From Sporopachydermia quercuum (Eukaryota): a DNA stretch of 64,000 nt. The position numbers and the translations under genes are program-made. Positions within the stretch are counted from its first letter, which is position 1, and each line of letters begins with the position of its first letter. Below, in pieces: positions 35,557 to 46,280 of the stretch. Location: the NCBI GenBank assembly GCA_001599295.1, contig BCGN01000009.1, positions 372,001 to 436,000 on the forward strand. The letters run 5' to 3'. The notes below the pieces were generated by a model. The model was not told where the DNA came from, searched no databases, and saw only the letters and a list, made by a program, of their open reading frames with translations.

Positions 35557-37585
35557 AATAAATGTAAAACAATTCTTGAGTTTTTCTTCCTTTGAGGATG
35601 TAAATTGCTTATCGCAAGGGAGAAAGGTCACTGAAGTGATGTTCCAAGCACAATAAGGAACTTGTCTCAATAAATACAATTAGTTCCAAATTTATATGCT
35701 AGAACTAATGGATATAGATAAAACAAAAAAATATTGAGAAATAAGATCAATAGTTTGTATAAATAACAGAAAAACAGTGAAGAAGTTGATGAAGNTTCAC
35801 GGGTTTCTCTTGTGTCTTTGAATGAATCCGAAAAAGTATTATCTTCCACTGGTTGCTAATATGAGTATAATTCATGAATCACTGATAGATTCAACAGTAG
35901 TAACACACAGCAGAAAGAATAATGAANATCAAATTTTTTTCAAAGCAACAAAGAAGGAAAATGAACTCAATTCATCCAATATTCATTTGCTGTGTTGATA
36001 AGGAAGAGTAAAGGAACTGAAGTTAAAATAGAATGTAATATACTCGAGTGTGAATATTGAGTGCCTCATCACTAGTAATAAAAATAATATTGATGGGGGG
36101 AAGATATGCATGAGGTGCATATAACAGTGAGACTAGCACGTAGGGATGCATGAAATAATTATATAGTTTAGTAAGGTGGCAAAAGTTTAATACATCAAAT
36201 TTNCGTACTAATTTAATGANAATTCTTAATTGGGGGTTAAGGTTATGGTTACGGAGAAACTGAGGATAATAGGAAGAAACATGCACAGGGACGAAAAGCT
36301 GTGAGAATTGTATATTGAGCCAGAATATTAATGGGATTGATAGTTATAGTAGCAGTTGGTACCATTTCATCAACAGAAATTCAGTATACCGCAAAACCTA
36401 AGCTGGGTTTTAAAAATACATTTTGTTCCCAATATAATGAGAAGAGAAGAAAAGACTTAACGTGAACATTTAGTAAAACAGTGNCAGAGTTTGAAACTTA
36501 AACCAGATGTAGCGAAAACCTTAGTTCCCATTGGGAATAATCAGTCTTTCTTCGACTTATTAACAGTTGGGAGATATTAGAATGTTGATAGAGATAAGTG
36601 AGAACTAATACTTGCTACAGTTCAACATATTTTCTCCTTTTTCGATCTTGTCAACATAATCTCTGCTTAATTTTCCTCTGCAATACACNTAGTATAGTAA
36701 TTCTTAAATTACACCTGGTTGTCTGGTTTCAATTGTAATTGGGTTCAGTCTCGACGTTCTGTTGAACTCTAGTATAATCTACCNCGTAGATAAAGCTTAG
36801 CTGCAAAGAATTGAAAAACTTGTCTTCTTCTAATATCCAATTGTATTGACATAGATTTCTTAAGTTAGAAAGAGTAAATGGATCTTGGAGAACAGGTATA
36901 ACGAAAATTTGAGGTGTTAATGCAAGTAACTAGTTATTTTCTACCTTATGGGGTATATTCCTATCTGTTAGTGGGCCTACTTAACAGAAAACTAAGTTAC
37001 GAGTTTTCAAAGAGAAAGAAAATGAACCAGGAACTAGATGACAGTTTCAACTCGCAGCAAATAGTGAATCATCCATCCATCTGTGAAGTATAATTAGGTT
37101 GAACNGTATTCTCAGACTAAATGGCAATCAGTTATTGCGCAAGGCACTAATTCCAGAGAAATGTAGTTAGAGGATGATAGCAGATTCATGTTAACAAGGG
37201 TTTAAGTATGTCTGCTATTTGGGCCAGAGCTCTTGAAAAACAAAGCCAATTAGGACGTAGTTGAGTTCACTATTCACCAGTAGAACAGAACATTCTGCCA
37301 AGATCCGACAATCATAATTTTTGATGACATAACAAAAATTTACTCCAGAGATAAACTTCCATAAGCTTCACATATCTGAAGAGACAGCATTGAATTGATA
37401 ATGATGTTATATTCAACAAGAAAAAAACTAACATATCTTTGTATATCTTGAAGAAGAAAAGGGGTATTGCATTGTAGGTAGAATCTCAAAATAAGATGAG
37501 AACAATAGCTATATATTTCTTCAGATTTTCTACATTCTTGTTAAATTGAACCTCAATCTCATCATCAATTGTCTTGTCTACTCAC

Positions 37586-37726
37586 TCGGAGTTTAGGATT
37601 GAGTTCAGACAAGAAAGCTTATTACTATGAAGACATTTCGGACTTAAGAGACTCTAGGTCCCAGCGACCATAACTTAGTCGGAATTCAACCCCTTTCTGG
37701 AGTTTTTTCGGAGGACTGTTCTCGGA
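37586..37726 (+). promoter_or_regulatory. cluster of five same-strand TCGGA motifs (putative Zn2Cys6 half-sites)
   Basis: TCGGA at 37586, 37638, 37679, 37708 and 37722 in an otherwise CG-poor divergent promoter. Confidence 0.5.
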
Positions 37727-38491
37727 ATGATATTTACTTATTAGTGATTTATACATTCCTTTTATGAGATTATCCTACATAATTTCATCTTCGCCTTCCT
37801 CTTCTTCCATTATGATGGGTCACTGAAATTCAAATAAACTTCACCTCAACTCCAGACTACTTCTCGTTTAGGACATATATGTTTTTCTGCCTAACACTAC
37901 TTTTGGGAGTTAGAACTTTAGTTTAAAGCTTCATCATCCATCAAGCAGCAGTTTTTACTCATTTTCAAGGTTAAAATTAAATAGGAGTATTATAACTAAC
38001 GGTATTGAAAAGGCATTCAAGTGCTCTATAAATTGTAATTAAGTCCTGATATTCATCTGATTTACATTTTTTATATTAAAGGAATAACTGCCAAATCGTT
38101 ATAAGAAACAGTCGTGGGTAAATCAGAGAGAAAGAAAACTGTCAACTGGTAGCAGGCTCCATTATTCCGGATCATTAAAGGAAATCTACTATTCTACGAG
38201 ATTATTTACAAAGTATGAGACTATCTACTAGATCAGTTGTCGGAATTGAAATTTTATCAAAAACTTGAAACCTTTTGTAGAACTGAATCTTTGGTCTGTT
38301 TGTTCTATGGGTGAGAATTGTTATTTGTATTATAAATCAATATTGCATTGGTTCATATAATACGGGCAAGAGAGTACATAGATAACAATACTTGCTTACC
38401 CAAATGGTGTTCTTGAACATATTTATGTCCTTCATATAGACTATGATTTTTCTATACTAGTTAGTTGCAACATTGGATTTCTCATATTATC

Positions 38492-41400
38492 ATGATGACG
38501 AATGAATTTACAGCTGAAGGTCAATCCTTCATTACTTCGATTTCTGATGAGATCAGTACTGTCTTTACAAGTATGGACTCGTTTATTCCAAGGGCTACAG
38601 CGACAGATACATCGACAGAAGCATTATTGACTTCAGTCGAGAAACAAAAGAAAACTAGAAACAGAATACCAGTTTCCTGTTCTATGTGCAGAAAACGAAA
38701 AATTAAATGTGACAGGTTAAAACCTGTATGTTCCAGCTGTATAAGAAATGATAGCTCTGATTTGTGTGTTTATGTTGAAAAGACTACCAAGAAGCGTCAA
38801 ACGAGATCAAAATCAGGCTCAGGTGCTGGTTCAGGATCTAAATCTTACAAGGAAACTAAACAGCAAAGCTATTCACCTGACAGATCAATTCCTGATGGTA
38901 CAGGCTTTCAATATAGTGATAACGCTGCATCAGGTTTGGAAATGAACGAAAGCGAAGAATTCTCATCTGAATCTGATGAGCTGAANGATAAGTCTTATAA
39001 GGTGGATATGGCTAATAGTAATGATCTCTCCAAAGCAAATGTAACATCTGGTTGTAATGCAGTATCAATAAAGTCGGAAGCTGATACTGTCCAAAGTCTT
39101 AAAGAAGAGATTGACAGATTGAAGAAAATAATAGCCTCCTCTAGAAAGGAATCAACTAGCAACTCCTACGGTTATGATATAAATGTTGGTGATACTGAAA
39201 ACCATACTGCAGTTACTTCTAAGCACAAGGGTAGCAGAAAACGACAGCCCAATAAAAGAAAGAAGCCTGATGCAAAGGACAGTGATTCTGATGAAGGTAT
39301 CATCAATCTAGCCAATAATTTTGACTCACTATTCATTCGCGAGAATAGAACCATCCACCTTGGATTCACGTCAAGTGTAGGTTTGATCAAACATGATATA
39401 TTCATGGGCTTTATTGGGAGAGACCTGCATAAGCGTAAACACCAGAGCTTGAGACTCTTGGGATCCAAAGGTTTATTTAGATTATGTCATGACACTAATC
39501 TCTCTATGCAAGATTTTCTTAATCTGGATTCCTCAGATAGTGATCCTTTCCCACAGCGATTCGTTGAATCATATAAAGCAAGTTTTGCTGATCGAGATCT
39601 TTTCAAATTCAAATTCAACTCACCTATGCAGTCTTTCAATTTGAATTACATTTTGAATGAATTGGAAGCCTTCCTACCGCCGAAATATGCTTGTGATTTA
39701 CTTTTAGAATATTTTTTCCAAGAGATCTACTTCTCAGTACCTTTTGTTGATGAAGTGATGTTACGAAACGATCTTGATACATTACTAATCGTTGATGAAA
39801 GTGTGAGTCCTCATCGATACAAATTTCGTATTGCTAGGAAGAACGATGCTATGTGCGCAATGGTTTTCACTACATTACTAAGATTCACATACATTTTACT
39901 ACCCGGAAACTTGCCAAATCAAGATAAGGTGAAGAAAACAAAAGATGTATCTCCTCTATTGCGGACGATTAATAATAGTCCCNATGTTGAAATACCGTCA
40001 GCTGTTATTCAACTAGTATCTACAAGTTTACACCATTTGAATGTTAATTCCAAAGTGTCGTTTCTTAGTCTTCAAACGTTGTTATTAGTTGAACTACATC
40101 ATAAATACATTAACAATGATGTTGATAATCCTTCAGGACAATTTGGTGGACAACTATCTGGTTTGTTGAGTCGTACAGTCTTGAAACTTGGATTATACAG
40201 AGATCCTGAGAATTTTCCTCAAATTCAATCAGGTAGATTGAAACATCTATGGAGAAAGCTGTGGTATTTCATTAAATATTTAGATGCTAGAACAGCATTT
40301 AGTGTTGGCTCACCATGCACGTTATCTACAGAAGAGTTTTATGACACTAAAGAACCATATGAAGTTCTAGAAGATGAGTTTATTGATGATGACCGTGAGA
40401 AGGCAATTATGTTTTATTTGAAGAATATCAATAAACTTACAACGCTATTAAGAGAGGTAATTTCGTTATCGCTAAGAGCTAAAAAGCCACCAAAAAGGTC
40501 GGAATTAATCTCATTCTTGGACCAATCACTTTACTTCTATCATCATGATTTGATGCCTTTCCAATCATGTCTTTCACTTGAAAGAGATCCATCCTTTGAC
40601 TTTCTCAACCTAAGCGATTCACTATATGAAAAGTTCAGACTGATAAATCTACTAACTGCTACTGAGACATTCAATATGATCACAGTTTTAGCATTTGGAA
40701 TTTTGATTGATAACGACTTATCCAGAATTGGCGAATCTATTTTCACAGTGGATCATCCAGAGCCAATGGCTTCTAAGTATAGAGAACCGGAGTACGATTA
40801 CGGTAGAAGTAAGAATGTAATATTTCAAAGATACTTCTCATTAGCACTCCATCATTCGATAACGCTTTGTGGAGCTATTTGTAAAGCATACGATGAAGGA
40901 ATAGAACTATTTGGTATGGTGAATTATTATCAAGTAGTACCAATGCTCCATTCGTTTTATAACTGTGTTTTATTTATTGCAAGTTTGCTATTTCGCATAT
41001 CGGATGGATTGCCTTGTGATAAGTATTTAATCCAGTTGAATACAAACAATACTTTTTTACTTGATGCTAGAAGACATATGAAAGAGTATATGGATTTCGA
41101 AGGATTGGAGGATGCAGATTTGTATACTATGTCTTACAAAATGATTCAAATGATTGTTGACGCCCAAGAAGACCTGTCGCGTAATTTATATAGAACATGG
41201 AGAGCAAGATTTATTCTTGTGCTAATACTTTTCCATGAAAAATCGCCTGTTGAAGGTGACGGTGATAATGCTGGTGCAGCACCTAGTTTACCTGGCTTGT
41301 CTAACAAATCTTCACCAATTATGTATTCTGGAGCAAGGTCTCCTGAGGAAGTGGATTCAATTTTATCTACCTTGCTTCTGCAGTATGGAGCGCCAGAAAC

Positions 41401-41683
41401 ATCAAGAAACATCACGGTTGAAAATACAGATGGCGACATCAATATCGGGAGTGGAATGGGTTATGGGAATAATATTAGTATGCCAGGTTTCGTGGCTCAA
41501 GGAGAAGATATGATGAAAACACCAGTTGCTGATCCCAGAGGCATTGGGATTAAAAGTTGGGCAGAGGAGAAGCCGATTGATGATTTCAGCGAGTGGCTGC
41601 AAGACTTTTGTCCAACTTCTACCAATAATGATTTCTTTGATATAAACAGTGATACTGATATGCTCAAACTATTATTCAATTGA
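38492..41683 (+). CDS. Zn2Cys6 transcription factor, Hap1/Mrr1-like (paralog B)
   Basis: RNRIPVSCSMCRKRKIKCDRLKPVCSSC..C; GLYRDP..HLWRKLW; start could be 38492, 38495 or 38573. Confidence 0.9.
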   Translation: MMTNEFTAEGQSFITSISDEISTVFTSMDSFIPRATATDTSTEALLTSVEKQKKTRNRIPVSCSMCRKRKIKCDRLKPVCSSCIRNDSSDLCVYVEKTTKKRQTRSKSGSGAGSGSKSYKETKQQSYSPDRSIPDGTGFQYSDNAASGLEMNESEEFSSESDELXDKSYKVDMANSNDLSKANVTSGCNAVSIKSEADTVQSLKEEIDRLKKIIASSRKESTSNSYGYDINVGDTENHTAVTSKHKGSRKRQPNKRKKPDAKDSDSDEGIINLANNFDSLFIRENRTIHLGFTSSVGLIKHDIFMGFIGRDLHKRKHQSLRLLGSKGLFRLCHDTNLSMQDFLNLDSSDSDPFPQRFVESYKASFADRDLFKFKFNSPMQSFNLNYILNELEAFLPPKYACDLLLEYFFQEIYFSVPFVDEVMLRNDLDTLLIVDESVSPHRYKFRIARKNDAMCAMVFTTLLRFTYILLPGNLPNQDKVKKTKDVSPLLRTINNSPXVEIPSAVIQLVSTSLHHLNVNSKVSFLSLQTLLLVELHHKYINNDVDNPSGQFGGQLSGLLSRTVLKLGLYRDPENFPQIQSGRLKHLWRKLWYFIKYLDARTAFSVGSPCTLSTEEFYDTKEPYEVLEDEFIDDDREKAIMFYLKNINKLTTLLREVISLSLRAKKPPKRSELISFLDQSLYFYHHDLMPFQSCLSLERDPSFDFLNLSDSLYEKFRLINLLTATETFNMITVLAFGILIDNDLSRIGESIFTVDHPEPMASKYREPEYDYGRSKNVIFQRYFSLALHHSITLCGAICKAYDEGIELFGMVNYYQVVPMLHSFYNCVLFIASLLFRISDGLPCDKYLIQLNTNNTFLLDARRHMKEYMDFEGLEDADLYTMSYKMIQMIVDAQEDLSRNLYRTWRARFILVLILFHEKSPVEGDGDNAGAAPSLPGLSNKSSPIMYSGARSPEEVDSILSTLLLQYGAPETSRNITVENTDGDINIGSGMGYGNNISMPGFVAQGEDMMKTPVADPRGIGIKSWAEEKPIDDFSEWLQDFCPTSTNNDFFDINSDTDMLKLLFN

Positions 41684-42583
41684 GTTGAGCACATGAAACG
41701 GTGATGGTTAGTAGGGGGTTTTAAATTTGATTTTAGGTTTGCAGCTGAAAGCTTGTGTAAATATAGTTGAGATTTAATAGTGTTTTAGTTAGAGAGAATC
41801 TTATTTTGAACTGTAACTTAATCTAATCAGCAACATAAACCTGCATATTTGTTACACGACCTCGCATCATTCTTTTTCCATTCTTTCCGGACACATTTTC
41901 GGTTGTTCAAGGGCTATCTATGCTTATTGCATGTTGTCTACTACACTCAATTGTGCTCCTGTTCTTCTTTATGTAACTTTTTATATATTACGACTATGTC
42001 TAGAACACAACAGTAGCTTCATCAATATATAATTTTATCCCATTTATACAGAAGTTGTCTTCGATAGTTATACTTTCAAACTCTATTGTATTGCCACTTC
42101 AAAGAAGTTTTTCTTCAACCGCAGCCGGACATCGTTTAATATGTTTAATATGGTGGGAGAGTACAAGTGGTGATTTCAATTGATTGATGGTAGTTAAAAT
42201 CAGCTGAATATAAGGCACTGGATGTTAAGGCTGCTGAATAACGTTGATAATAGTATCAATAGTTCTATTGCTGAAATTGTACTTTTTGGTTTCAGTTAGC
42301 TGATCGGTTAATCCGGATTGACTTTGGCAAAACCAGGTTAAGGAAACTATTGTGGTAGAATACTGTTCGCAGTACAAGAGCATACAATTTCACCAGCAGC
42401 ATAATACTAACTTCAGACGGTCAATACCAAAGATAATAACTTGTCTTCATTATCGATACAAGAAACTATTTCAACAAACTATCTCAAATTTCAACTTAAC
42501 CAAATTAATATATCTTGTAACTTAAAGTCCCCTCTCACTCTCCTCATCTCCAACGTCATATCCCAACTTGACATTGCTAGAAA

Positions 42584-45565
42584 ATGGTCCAAAGTCATTC
42601 TAATTCAAACCTGTTGAAACCTGATGGAACCCCACGGCTGAGAAACAGAATTGGAACTTCCTGTTTCCAGTGCAGGAAGAGAAAAGTGAAGTGCGATAGA
42701 GAAAAACCAGTCTGCAGTAATTGTATTAGATTAGGATACCCTGAAAAATGCCTGTATCAAGAACCGGAATGGACAACACCAGAGGAGCTGGAACAACTGA
42801 AGAAGGACAATACACAACTAAAGGAAGAACTACGTCTTCTACAGGAATCGCTATCCTGCCTCAATGACGATATTAAGAACTCTTCTAGCTGCTCTGGTAC
42901 TTCCGTAACCGCTGGTGCTTCTGCTACAAGTTCTCCTAGATCAGTACTTCTTAGTCCTGCAAATTCAGGGCATGAAATCAATATTGACGATTTATTATCA
43001 CCAAACGGTTCACTGAACCCAAAAAAGTTCTTTGAACCAATAAAACATCAAAATAGCGGCTCGAATTTGAACCGTTACGATTTTAATAGATTCAATCATC
43101 CGCTACCTTCCACATATGACCTAACAGCTTATAACAATTACTATGGACATGGTAGCAATAGTAACATGGCATCTAGTCTCAGCAATGTAACTATTGCTGA
43201 CAGTCTTGGATACCCATTCGCTAATTATGATTCAACACAAGGTATAGTACCAACAGCAACGTCCATAGAGCACACGTTTGATGGCGATAGGAATACCCAA
43301 GATAAAGTGCTTGATCCAGTGCTTGATCTAACGGAGAAGTTTCACGTTTTAGAAATATCTAAAAACCAAGTGCATCATTTTGGAGCAACCAGTGGGTTAT
43401 CAGCAGTTGCAAACGATATTGGCTTTGTAGGCATTTTCCAAGCAATTAAAAGAGCCGTTAATGATATCGAAAACGATAAGGATAATAGTAATGTAGTTGC
43501 TCGAAGAAGAAAAGTATTATCTCAAACAAATTACATGCGCTTACTACATTTGAATGGTGCCAACTTATTGGGCGGAGGTTCTCTTCTAAATGCCAAGAAA
43601 GAAGATCTAATAAAGCAAATGACAAAGCCTGAAGATTATATCTATGATGATGGTAGTATTCTTGGCTATCTTGAAAGAAAACTACCCACTAGAGACGTTG
43701 TTATGAAGCTTATAGACTACTATCTAAAGCTCTGTAATCATTTTCTATTCAGTTTTGAATTGAATACTTTTAAACAAGACGTTGAACGTTTATTCCCAGA
43801 AACTACTGCTGATGGTATTCCTATCATAAGTTTGAAGATAGTAGTAACCCGTGAGACTGATTATACTATTATATCATTATTATTAGTATTGTTACGACTT
43901 GCATATATTTCATTGCCATGGAGAGAAATCAAGCATGGCTTTCAAACACCAATTAAACCAGAATACCAAGAATGGAAGATCTTAGGCTATGAGGTAGGAC
44001 TGGAGTTATTAAGACAAGATATTACTATAGGAGAAGATTATATTGAAGATTCTAAGGCGGTAATTGCAATGACTGATCCTATTTTTCTAGGATCCTTATA
44101 TCAAATACAACTTGTTTGCGCTATTAAGACGTTATCGATAATTGGAATCCAGCAAAGAGTTGTTTTGGATTATGCTGAGAATCCAGTACTAAGTGGAATG
44201 GCAATGCATGGCTCTATGGCGTATGGACTACATCGCGATCCACAAGTGTTTTCAGGGGTAAACGATGCAAACGTAATATTTGCTTGGAGATCCACTTGGC
44301 TCCAAGTCGTTGTTGCTGATGCCATTGAATCCATGTTTCTTGGTAGATTGAACCTTCTCTCTGATGAGTATTATGATACTAAAGTGCCAGAAGTTAGGCC
44401 AGGAAAAGAGAATGATCGCCAGGAGGTTGAGCTAGTAGCATTCTTCCGCATTGAAGTGGAGTTTTGTGCGTTAGTTACTAAACTTGTTAAATGGTGTAAT
44501 CAAGTAGACACCGAGCCTAGAAGAAGTGATTTGGAGAATTTCTCCAGGGACTTGGAAGATTATCTGAACACTAAAATTGAACCGTTTGCATTTTTATTAA
44601 CTACGCCAGCAGATTTTCTGGCTGGTGTGCGTGCTATTAGACATTTGGCTATGAGAACTATTGGATCCATGCTTCAATGCGTTGTTTTAAGACTTCTATT
44701 TCTTACTTGTGGAAATAGTGCATCGGATAAAGCTTTGTGTAGGAGATATATGAAAGAATGTACTGTTAAGTCGACTGAAATGGTTGTAGCGATGAAAACA
44801 TGGCTTGAAAGGTTTGAAGTTAATTTCCCCTATGAAATCAAATTCACAACTTATCCTTTGCTGTTAAGTCTTGTTATGCATAATCTTCACTTTGCCATAA
44901 CGTTATTGCTTAGGTACATGACACCAGAAATGTCAGATACAGTGAATTTAATATTTATTGATGAGCGAGGAGTTACTTTTCCAGCCCCAGCAGTCTTCGA
45001 TTATCGTCCCGAGCTGAAAGATGAATATACAAGTAAGACAGATATTAATGGTTTCTTGAGAGCAATTGATGGATTTTTTGCGCTGGAGCCTGATAGAAAT
45101 CAGTTCTCATACAACCTATGGCATAGAGTTAATATTGTTTATATGCTATTGAATCTTATCAGAGTTGCTATTATCAATAGTTCAAAAGGTAATTCACCAT
45201 TGAGTCCACCACCAATAAATAATGTTCGAGCGTTGAATCAATTGAGAGCTGTGCAATCTGCTAATTTGTTCAGTATTGTTGGCGATAATAAGAGCAGTAG
45301 CAGAAAAAATGTTTTCTATGAACCAGCCTTTTGGGAAGGACTATTAAAGCAAGCGGACGAAATAAAAGAAGAATTGTATGTCATTAGAGATTATTTCAAT
45401 AATACAAATGAGTCTGAAGGAGAAATTTTAGGTAACCCCGAATATGATGTTAGGTTGTTATTGGCTGTGTTGTATTTCGATGATATTAATGTATTTGATG
45501 TTGGTGATGGTGTTTTACTTGGTGTTGCCCGTGGAGTGAGCAAAAAGAATGAAGGTGACGAATAA
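42584..45565 (+). CDS. Zn2Cys6 transcription factor, Hap1/Mrr1-like (paralog C)
   Basis: RNRIGTSCFQCRKRKVKCDREKPVCSNC..CLY followed by a coiled coil; HHFGATS; GLHRDP..AWRSTW. Confidence 0.9.
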   Translation: MVQSHSNSNLLKPDGTPRLRNRIGTSCFQCRKRKVKCDREKPVCSNCIRLGYPEKCLYQEPEWTTPEELEQLKKDNTQLKEELRLLQESLSCLNDDIKNSSSCSGTSVTAGASATSSPRSVLLSPANSGHEINIDDLLSPNGSLNPKKFFEPIKHQNSGSNLNRYDFNRFNHPLPSTYDLTAYNNYYGHGSNSNMASSLSNVTIADSLGYPFANYDSTQGIVPTATSIEHTFDGDRNTQDKVLDPVLDLTEKFHVLEISKNQVHHFGATSGLSAVANDIGFVGIFQAIKRAVNDIENDKDNSNVVARRRKVLSQTNYMRLLHLNGANLLGGGSLLNAKKEDLIKQMTKPEDYIYDDGSILGYLERKLPTRDVVMKLIDYYLKLCNHFLFSFELNTFKQDVERLFPETTADGIPIISLKIVVTRETDYTIISLLLVLLRLAYISLPWREIKHGFQTPIKPEYQEWKILGYEVGLELLRQDITIGEDYIEDSKAVIAMTDPIFLGSLYQIQLVCAIKTLSIIGIQQRVVLDYAENPVLSGMAMHGSMAYGLHRDPQVFSGVNDANVIFAWRSTWLQVVVADAIESMFLGRLNLLSDEYYDTKVPEVRPGKENDRQEVELVAFFRIEVEFCALVTKLVKWCNQVDTEPRRSDLENFSRDLEDYLNTKIEPFAFLLTTPADFLAGVRAIRHLAMRTIGSMLQCVVLRLLFLTCGNSASDKALCRRYMKECTVKSTEMVVAMKTWLERFEVNFPYEIKFTTYPLLLSLVMHNLHFAITLLLRYMTPEMSDTVNLIFIDERGVTFPAPAVFDYRPELKDEYTSKTDINGFLRAIDGFFALEPDRNQFSYNLWHRVNIVYMLLNLIRVAIINSSKGNSPLSPPPINNVRALNQLRAVQSANLFSIVGDNKSSSRKNVFYEPAFWEGLLKQADEIKEELYVIRDYFNNTNESEGEILGNPEYDVRLLLAVLYFDDINVFDVGDGVLLGVARGVSKKNEGDE

Positions 45566-46280
45566 TGAAAGTTTGATTAGTAGATAGGTCCTGTGAATGT
45601 ATGCTACGAATGAACACTTGCTAATATGGGTAATAGGTATATTGAAACAAGTGTTAGGAGATACATACGTATACGAATGATGTGTAGAATATGTATATTA
45701 TGTGCAATGTCAATAATGATTTTAATGATTTGCCTAGATTGTTAGATAGAATAAGATATATGAGATAAACAGAGGATATTGGTTCGACTGCTAACGACCT
45801 GTAACTTGGTAGGCATTGGATAATATACTATATATTATTTGAAGAGGACAAAAGAGAAAGTTAATATCATAACCTACTTCATAATTTTTGCTCTCAAGAA
45901 CTCTCCACATATTTTCAACTACGGAACCCATATTTCAATTATAATAATTCTAGTGGTCGACTATTTTCTTTCATATGCTGATGGTTTCTGGTGCATCTTA
46001 GGCTGTTAGGTGAGAGTTTTCTAATCTTGCAGGATAGTTTGTTGTTAGGTTAGGAGAAATTATTGTCCCTTTTAGGTATCTGTGTACGATTCATAATCAA
46101 TTGTATTCAGTATTTACTCTTTTTCTCTGCTATTTATTTGGTATGATTTGATTTTACTGAAAGCTTTCAAGACTACAAATATAATAATTTCTAATATCTA
46201 TTTGATGATTTCCCCTGTTTTCAGGTGGTTGATTGTTGGATGTCATCTCGTTGTTAGCAGAAACTCTGTACCTCACCAGA

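Noticed and set aside
35557..38491. LTR or transposon remnant in the 2.9 kb spacer
   Set aside because: No TG..CA-bounded repeat, terminal inverted repeats or transposase/pol fragments seen; long promoters are normal for such TF genes.
45781..45791. GGTTCGACTGC (and GGTTCGAG at 10770) as tRNA B-boxes
   Set aside because: No T-stem pairing, A-box or cloverleaf around them.
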